From an uncultured Acidobacteriota bacterium (GTDB lineage: Bacteria; Acidobacteriota; Thermoanaerobaculia; Gp7-AA8), in the NCBI GenBank assembly GCA_963822445.1, contig CAWGHO010000002.1:2400001-2464000 (forward strand): DNA of 64,000 nt. The letters run 5' to 3'. The notes below the pieces were generated by a model. It made no database searches. It worked only from the letters and a program-made list of their open reading frames with translations, and was not told where the DNA came from. The position numbers and the translations under genes are program-made. Of this stretch, positions 57,753-64,000 are shown in pieces. The first letter of the stretch is position 1, and each line of letters opens with the position of its first letter.

Positions 57753-59492
57753 CATCTCGAACACGTGCCGCGCCCAGCTCCGCATCCGCGTGGTCGTACC
57801 GTCGGCGGGGAGGTCCATCCACTCCTTCATCGGCACGAAGAAGCCGCGCTTGCGGCGTTTGCGGAGATACGCGGGCAGGGTCGCGCCGAACGATTCTTTG
57901 CAGGCCGTGCCGCAGTCGATCAGCAGCGGCGCGATCTGCCGGAGCAACGCTGCATCGACTAGAGGCGTGCGCACTTCGACAGAGTGGGCCATGCTCGCCC
58001 AGTCAGCGTCGCGCAGCAGTTGATTGCGCATGTACAACGAAGCCTCCAGCGCCGCGACGCGGCCGAACGGCGTGTCCGGATCGGGATCGAGCGCGCGGGC
58101 GAAGAGCTCGATGATCTGCAGCCGCTGCAGGCCCTCGCGGGCGGCCTCTTCGCCGAGGATTGCGGAGAGGTCGTTGGGCATGAACAGGCCTCGCTGCAGG
58201 AGATACGCGCCGGCGTAGGTCCGGCCGTAGCTCGCCACGAGCTTCGCCTTCGGATGACGGCCGATCATGCTGACCGCGCGTGCGGCCAGCGGCGTGCCGG
58301 CCAGACGCACCATCGACGGGATCTTCTCGAACGACGGATAGCTGCCGAACAGCTCATCGCCGCCCACGCCCGACAGCGCGACTTTGATCTTCGCTTCCGC
58401 CACGGCCTTGCTCACGAACCAGGTGTTCACGCCGTCGATCGTCGGCTGGTCCATCGCCTCGAGAATCTTCGGTAAGTCGGCGAGAAACTCGTCGCGCGTG
58501 ACGGTGCGGGTCTTGTGGATCGTGCCGAGCTCGCGCGCGAAGCGCTCCGCGAGCGGCGCTTCGTCCGCGGTGCGGCCGCGGAACGCGTCGAAGGTGAGCG
58601 TGAATGTATGCAGTTTTTCCGGCGACTGCCGCGTCGCGATCTGCGCCAGCGTCGCCGAATCGATCCCCGAGGAGAGGAAGATTCCCACGGGGACGTCGGC
58701 GACGAGGTGATGGGCGACGGACTCTTCGACACGCTCGCGCAGGGCGATCGACGTTTCGGTGAGATTCGCGAAATCGCGATGCTCGTTCGCGCGGCGGAGC
58801 ACATCCGCAATCGAGAAATGACGCTTCGGCTGCGACGGACCCTGCTCGTCGACGAAAAACGACGTCCCTGCTTCGACCGCACGAACCGCCGCGCGAATGG
58901 TGAACGGCTCCGGTACCGAGCCGGTGAGGAAGAACCCGGCCGCGCCGGCGGGGTCGATTGCGGAGGACACGGCGCCGCCGGCCAGGAGCGCCTTCACTTC
59001 CGACGCGAAGCGGATCGTCGCCCCGTCATCGGCAACGTAGAGCGGCTTGATTCCGTACGGATCGCGGGCGATGAACATCCGCCGCGCGCGGCTGTCCCAG
59101 ATCGCGAGCGCGTACATGCCGCGCAGCAGACCGAGCATTCGCTCGCCGTCGCGCCGAAAGAGCTGCAGCAGCACTTCGGTGTCGGTGTGCGAATGAAACC
59201 GCGCGCCGCCGCGCTCGAGCGAGGCCCGCAGTTCGGCGTAGTTGTAGATCTCGCCATTGAAGACGATGGTCAGCTCGCGCTCGACGTCGACCATCGGCTG
59301 CGTGCCTTCCGGAGTCAGATCGATGATGGCCAGCCGCCTCGAGCCGAGCCCCACCCGCCCGTCCGGCGAGATCCAGGTGCCACGCGCATCCGGCCCGCGC
59401 GAGCGCATCCGCTCCGTGATCGCATCGAGCTCCTCCACGCGCACGGCGGGCGCGGTCGACTTGTAAGCGAATAAGGCGGTGATCCCGCACAT
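57744..59492 (-). CDS. asnB: Second AsnB-type glutamine amidotransferase
   Basis: MCGI, RGPD, FNGEIYN, DTEV, LSSGIDS, SGVGGDE, NQLLRDADWASM. Confidence 0.9.
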   Translation of the reverse strand: MCGITALFAYKSTAPAVRVEELDAITERMRSRGPDARGTWISPDGRVGLGSRRLAIIDLTPEGTQPMVDVERELTIVFNGEIYNYAELRASLERGGARFHSHTDTEVLLQLFRRDGERMLGLLRGMYALAIWDSRARRMFIARDPYGIKPLYVADDGATIRFASEVKALLAGGAVSSAIDPAGAAGFFLTGSVPEPFTIRAAVRAVEAGTSFFVDEQGPSQPKRHFSIADVLRRANEHRDFANLTETSIALRERVEESVAHHLVADVPVGIFLSSGIDSATLAQIATRQSPEKLHTFTLTFDAFRGRTADEAPLAERFARELGTIHKTRTVTRDEFLADLPKILEAMDQPTIDGVNTWFVSKAVAEAKIKVALSGVGGDELFGSYPSFEKIPSMVRLAGTPLAARAVSMIGRHPKAKLVASYGRTYAGAYLLQRGLFMPNDLSAILGEEAAREGLQRLQIIELFARALDPDPDTPFGRVAALEASLYMRNQLLRDADWASMAHSVEVRTPLVDAALLRQIAPLLIDCGTACKESFGATLPAYLRKRRKRGFFVPMKEWMDLPADGTTTRMRSWARHVFEMSR

Positions 59493-59498
59493 ACCGAT

Positions 59499-60587
59499 TT
59501 ACCGCGTCACCGGCACATGGCCGCGGCGCCAGTAACGCAGCATCAGCAGCACGAGCAGGGCCACGCCGCCGGCCGTGTAGCCGATGGTCTTCGTTTCCTG
59601 CACGACCGTGAGCACCGCCGCGGCCGCGAAGAGCAGCGTGACGACCCAGATGGAGAGGATCGCCCGTCCGGCGCTGCCGTAGCGGGCGATGAGGATGTGA
59701 TGGATGTGGCGGCGATCGGCGGTGACGATGCGCGACACGCGCTCGGACAGCGGCACCTCCTCTTCACGTTTGCCGAAGCGCTGCTTCATCACGATCAACG
59801 TGTCGATGACCGGCAGGGCCAGGGCCAGGACCGGGCCGCTCATCAGGATCGCCGTCGGGGACTTGCTCGGTTGGGCGAGCGATCCCGCCGCGAGGAGCAG
59901 GCCGATGAACATGCTTCCCGTATCGCCCATGAAGATCTTCGCCGGCGGACGGTTCCAGGGATAGAAGCCGATCAGGCTTCCGCCGAGGGCGGTCATGACG
60001 ATCATGGAGAAGGGGTCCTGACGCAGGAAGGCGATGACCACGAATGCGGCCGCGGTGGTGATGGCCACGACCGTCGCCAGCGAATCCATCCCGTCGATGA
60101 AGTTGACGGCGTTGATCACGCCGACGATCCAGATGACCGTGGCGACGATGCCTAAGAAGCCGAGGTTGTAGACGCTGCCGGCAACGGAGATGACGTCGAA
60201 TTGGAAGCCGAAGGCGACGAGGATCAGCGCCGCCGCGCTCTGCACGGCGAACTTCTTCGGCGCGTTGGCGCCGATCAGATCGTCGTAAACGCCGAGGCCT
60301 ACGATCAGCGCCCCGCTGGCCAGCACGCCGAAGAGATACGACAGGTTCTTGGTGACCAGGTCGAGCGCCTTTTCGTTCGCGGCGAGCAGCAGCAGGGGGA
60401 AGCCGAAGCCGAAGATGATGGCCAGGCCGCCCAGCCGTGGAGTGGCGCCGCGATGGTGCTTGCGCTCGTCCGGCATGTCCACCAGGCCCACGTGCTCGCT
60501 GCCGCGGCGGACGATGCCCGTGGCGACGTACGAGGTGAGCACGCTCGCGACGAACAGCAGGACCAGCGGCACCACACTCTCGTACAT
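59499..60587 (-). CDS. WecA/TagO-like polyprenyl-phosphate HexNAc-1-phosphate transferase
   Basis: D.P..RK.H...TPRLGG, GVYDD, NAVNFIDGMD, PAKIFMGDTGS, DRRHIHH. Confidence 0.9.
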   Translation of the reverse strand: MYESVVPLVLLFVASVLTSYVATGIVRRGSEHVGLVDMPDERKHHRGATPRLGGLAIIFGFGFPLLLLAANEKALDLVTKNLSYLFGVLASGALIVGLGVYDDLIGANAPKKFAVQSAAALILVAFGFQFDVISVAGSVYNLGFLGIVATVIWIVGVINAVNFIDGMDSLATVVAITTAAAFVVIAFLRQDPFSMIVMTALGGSLIGFYPWNRPPAKIFMGDTGSMFIGLLLAAGSLAQPSKSPTAILMSGPVLALALPVIDTLIVMKQRFGKREEEVPLSERVSRIVTADRRHIHHILIARYGSAGRAILSIWVVTLLFAAAAVLTVVQETKTIGYTAGGVALLVLLMLRYWRRGHVPVTR

Positions 60588-60727
60588 CGACCGCGGAAGG
60601 ATAGCAGGCGGGCACGGCCCGCCGCGCTGCTTGCTCCGCCGTCTGCATGAGTGAGGACGTGCGCATGAGCATCGCGTCGGCGCTTCTATACAATGCGCGC
60701 GGCAACTGCCTTCAGGAGCAATGAGAT

Positions 60728-62464
60728 ATGGCCGAACTGCCCGGAATCGAGCGCGAGACCCTCGACGTCGACGTCGTCATCGTCGGCGCCGGACCGGCGG
60801 GTCTCGCCGCGGCGTACAGGCTCGCGGAGCTGATCAAGCTTCATAACGAGTCTGATCGTGCCGCCGCCGAAAACGGCGGCGGGTCGAGTGCGTCGAAGAA
60901 GCTCGAGAACATCTCCATCGCCCTGCTCGAAAAAGGCAAGGAGATCGGCTCGCACGGCATCTCCGGCGCGGTCATGGATCCGCGCGGCATCGCCGAGCTG
61001 ATGCCCGACTGGCTGGAGCGCGGTTGCCCGGTCGAGTCGCCCGTGAAGACCGACGCATTCTGGTATCTCACCGAGAAACAGAAAATCGCCGCGCCGATCA
61101 TGCCGCCGCCCCTCCAGAACCACGGCAACTACGTGGTCTCCCTCGGCGAGCTCGTTCGCTGGATGGCGCCGATCGTCGGCGAGATGGGCGTGGACCTGTT
61201 CGCGGAGTTCGCCGCGTCACGCGTCCTGGTCGAGAACGGCCGCGTCGTCGGCGTGCGCACCGGCGACAAAGGCATCGACAAGAACGGCCAGGCGAAGGCG
61301 AACTTCGAGCCGGGCGTCGACGTGCGCGCGAAGATGACCATCCTCGCCGAAGGGCCGCGCGGCACGCTCTCGAAACAGCTCGCCGGACTGTTCGACCTCT
61401 ACGCTGGCAAACATCCGCAGGTCTATTCGCTCGGCGTGAAGGAGCTCTGGCAGCTTCCGGACGATCGTTTTCCCGCGGGCACGGTCATCCACACGATGGG
61501 CTTTCCGCTGGACATGGACACGTTCGGCGGCGCCTTCATTTACGGCATGAAAGACCGCATCGTCGACATCGGTCTGGTGGTCGGTCTCGATTACAAGAAC
61601 CCGACCCTCGACGCTCACAACGAGCTGCAGCGGATGAAGCTGCATCCCGCGATCCGGAAGATCCTCGAGGGCGGGAAGATGATCTCCGCCGGCGCGAAGG
61701 CGATTCCGGAAGGCGGCTACTACTCGATGCCCCGCCTGCACGGCGACGGCTTCATGATCCTCGGCGACTCCGCCGGTTTCCTGAACGGCGCCCGGCTGAA
61801 GGGGATTCACCTCGCGTTCAAGTCCGGAATCATGGCCGCGGAGGCGGCTTTTCACGCGCTGCTCAACGACGACTACTCCTCCGCGCAACTCAAGGAGTAC
61901 GACGACCTGTTCGAAGCGTCGTGGGCGAGGGAAGAGCTATTCCTGCAGCGCAACTTCCATCAGGCCTTCGAGCACGGCCAGATCGCGGGGATGCTCAACG
62001 CCGGCGTGGGCATGATCACCAAAGGCCGCGGCTTCGGCATCGCGAACAAGCTCGAAGGACACGCCGGTCATGAGCGGATGGTGCGCATCAAGCGCTACTT
62101 CGGCTCGGACGATCCCCATCCGCCGGGCAAGGTGAAGTACGACAACCAGTACACGTTCGACAAAGTGACGAACGTCTACAACGGCGGCGTGATCCACGAG
62201 GAGAACCAGCCCGCGCATCTGCTGATCCTCGATACCGAGGTTTGCATCACGCGGTGCACGGAAGAGTATGGAAATCCGTGCTTCCACTTCTGCCCCGCGC
62301 AGGTTTACGAGCCGCAGCCGACAGCGGACGGGCGCGGGCGGGTGCCGTTCCTCAACTTCACGAACTGCTTCCACTGCAAGACGTGCGACATCATGGATCC
62401 CTATCAGGTGATCACCTGGGTGCCGCCGGAAGGTGGCGGCGGGCCGGATTACAAGAAGTTGTAG
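60728..62464 (+). CDS. ETF-ubiquinone oxidoreductase
   Basis: GAGPAG, GVKELW, IPEGG, KGIHLA, C-terminal 4Fe-4S CPAQVY...NCFHCKTCDI. Confidence 0.93.
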   Translation: MAELPGIERETLDVDVVIVGAGPAGLAAAYRLAELIKLHNESDRAAAENGGGSSASKKLENISIALLEKGKEIGSHGISGAVMDPRGIAELMPDWLERGCPVESPVKTDAFWYLTEKQKIAAPIMPPPLQNHGNYVVSLGELVRWMAPIVGEMGVDLFAEFAASRVLVENGRVVGVRTGDKGIDKNGQAKANFEPGVDVRAKMTILAEGPRGTLSKQLAGLFDLYAGKHPQVYSLGVKELWQLPDDRFPAGTVIHTMGFPLDMDTFGGAFIYGMKDRIVDIGLVVGLDYKNPTLDAHNELQRMKLHPAIRKILEGGKMISAGAKAIPEGGYYSMPRLHGDGFMILGDSAGFLNGARLKGIHLAFKSGIMAAEAAFHALLNDDYSSAQLKEYDDLFEASWAREELFLQRNFHQAFEHGQIAGMLNAGVGMITKGRGFGIANKLEGHAGHERMVRIKRYFGSDDPHPPGKVKYDNQYTFDKVTNVYNGGVIHEENQPAHLLILDTEVCITRCTEEYGNPCFHFCPAQVYEPQPTADGRGRVPFLNFTNCFHCKTCDIMDPYQVITWVPPEGGGGPDYKKL

Positions 62465-62465
62465 G

Positions 62466-62494
62466 AAAACGGCGGCGAACTCGGCCGCCGTTTT
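62466..62494. terminator. Intrinsic terminator
   Basis: AAAACGGCGGC-gaactcg-GCCGCCGTTTT immediately after the stop codon. Confidence 0.75.
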
Positions 62495-62513
62495 GCTATT
62501 TGCGGTCTCGAAC

Positions 62514-64000
62514 ATGAGACGCTTCACGGGCCACGCGATCGCCCTGGTCGCCGTCGTTGTGGCGACGGCGATCACCATCGCCCTCGGCGACCTCCTGGCG
62601 CCGATGCGCCTGTTTTTCTTCTGGGCGGCGGTGCTGATCACGGCGGTCGTGGCGGGCGTGGGGCCGGCGGCGTCCGCGATTTTGCTGTCGGTGATTGCCC
62701 AGGCGCTTTTCCTCGGCGTCGACACGCCTGCCGACGTCCTGCGGCTCGCGCTGTTCATGGTCTTCTCCGGCGGCATCAGCCTGGCCGTCGGATTTCGGCG
62801 GCGAGCGGAAGAGCGTGCGGCCGCCCTCAGCGCGGAGCTTCGTTTGAACGAGCTTCGCTACCGCACGCTCGTCGAGGCGACGTCGGTTGAGCAGACCGTC
62901 TGGACGGCGACGCCGGACGGCCGCATCGACTGGGGCGATGCCTGGGTCGCGATCACCGGGCAGAGTCGCGAAGGCGTCATTCATTCCGAGGATGCCGCGC
63001 GAACGTGGGACCTGTGGAAGTCGGCGGTGGCCGCGGAGAAGCCGTACGAAGACGAAGTGCGCGTGCTCGTGAAGGGCGGAACCTGGCAATGGTTCGCGAT
63101 CCGCGCGGTACCGGTGCAGGTCGACGGCAAGGTCGCGGAGTGGGTGGGCATCATCGCCGACATCGACGCGCGGAAGCGTCACGAGCAGCAGAGCGACTTT
63201 CTGAATCGCGCCAGCGAGATCCTCTCGTCATCGCTCGATTACGACCGGACGCTCCGCAATCTGGCCCGCCTCTGCGTTCCGGCCCTCGGCGACTGGTGCG
63301 CAATTCACCTCGCACGCGACGGAACCGATTACGAGCGCGTGGTCGTCGAACATACCGATCCCGCGAAGCTTCATTTCGTCGAGCAGCTCGATCGCAACGT
63401 GCGGCCGTCGCCCGAGATCGATCCGATCGTGCAGGTCATCCAGTCCGGCCGCTCGCACCTCGTCGAGCATGTGGCCGACGAGATGCTCGACGCCATGGCC
63501 GGATCGGACGAGCAGTTGAAAGCGGTGCGGGCGATGGGCTTCCGCTCGTGGATCGTCGCGCCCATGATCACGGGCGGTCACACGCTGGGAACGCTCACCG
63601 TCGTCCATGGCGAATCGGGCCGGCGTTACTCGCAGGACGACCTGCCGTTTCTCGAAGATGTGGCCCGGCGCGCGGCTACGGCGATCGAGAACGCGCGTCT
63701 TTTCGAGGCGGCCGAGGCGGCGAATCGCGCGAAGGACGAGTTCCTGGCGACGCTGTCCCACGAGCTGCGCACGCCGCTGACGGCCATCGCCGGCTGGTCG
63801 CACATGCTGCAGGTCGGCAGCGTCGACGAACAGACGTCGAAGCTCGCCGTGGACACGATCGTGCGAAGTGCGCGAACGCAGGCGGAGCTCATCGACGACC
63901 TGCTCGACATCTCGCGCGTCGTCGCCGGAACGCTGCATCTCGTCGTGACGACCGTCGATCTGACCACGATCGTCGATGACATCCTCGTGGCTGCGCGGCC
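62514..64000 (+). CDS. Membrane PAS/GAF sensor histidine kinase, truncated by window end
   Basis: Manual translation: TM region, PAS (RYRTLVEA...WVGIIADID), GAF (SSLDY...DWCAI), H-box ANRAKDEFLATLSHELRTPL. Confidence 0.9.
   Translation, partial: MRRFTGHAIALVAVVVATAITIALGDLLAPMRLFFFWAAVLITAVVAGVGPAASAILLSVIAQALFLGVDTPADVLRLALFMVFSGGISLAVGFRRRAEERAAALSAELRLNELRYRTLVEATSVEQTVWTATPDGRIDWGDAWVAITGQSREGVIHSEDAARTWDLWKSAVAAEKPYEDEVRVLVKGGTWQWFAIRAVPVQVDGKVAEWVGIIADIDARKRHEQQSDFLNRASEILSSSLDYDRTLRNLARLCVPALGDWCAIHLARDGTDYERVVVEHTDPAKLHFVEQLDRNVRPSPEIDPIVQVIQSGRSHLVEHVADEMLDAMAGSDEQLKAVRAMGFRSWIVAPMITGGHTLGTLTVVHGESGRRYSQDDLPFLEDVARRAATAIENARLFEAAEAANRAKDEFLATLSHELRTPLTAIAGWSHMLQVGSVDEQTSKLAVDTIVRSARTQAELIDDLLDISRVVAGTLHLVVTTVDLTTIVDDILVAAR

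Noticed and set aside
60645-60669. GCATGAG direct repeat and GC hairpin between the WecA-like gene and ETF-QO
   Set aside because: Too short to distinguish from chance without other copies

Overview
High-GC bacterial chromosomal window. Gene content and a surface protein ending in ...RAVRH suggest Acidobacteriota/Thermoanaerobaculia (inference). 1-4.7 kb: a glycosyltransferase/acyltransferase operon with several indels, probably assembly errors. 4.9-26.5 kb: mostly housekeeping genes (diguanylate cyclase, tpiA-secG-tRNA-Leu, accC plus biotin carrier, PTPS, sthA, apt, acyP, pcm-surE, pdxA, Hfq-like, etfBA). 26.5-60.6 kb: a ~34 kb surface-glycan locus with Wzc/OPX/beta-barrel/PHP phosphatase, O-antigen ligase-like and Wzy-like proteins, Wzm/Wzt, about 11 GT2/GT4 enzymes, a carbamoyltransferase, a GT75-like protein, GMD, two AsnB-type amidotransferases and a WecA-like initiator. 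ETF-QO and a truncated histidine kinase follow. Most unusual signals: (i) five intergenic elements built from inverted 7/8-mer tandem arrays, each with its own unit; (ii) a single-gene Calx-beta cassette bounded by a duplicated tRNA-Leu 3' end plus terminator, with no integrase; (iii) a membrane receptor whose kinase and cyclase domains both look catalytically dead; (iv) many apparently leaderless or very compact divergent promoters. All calls come from motif reading; no database search was run.
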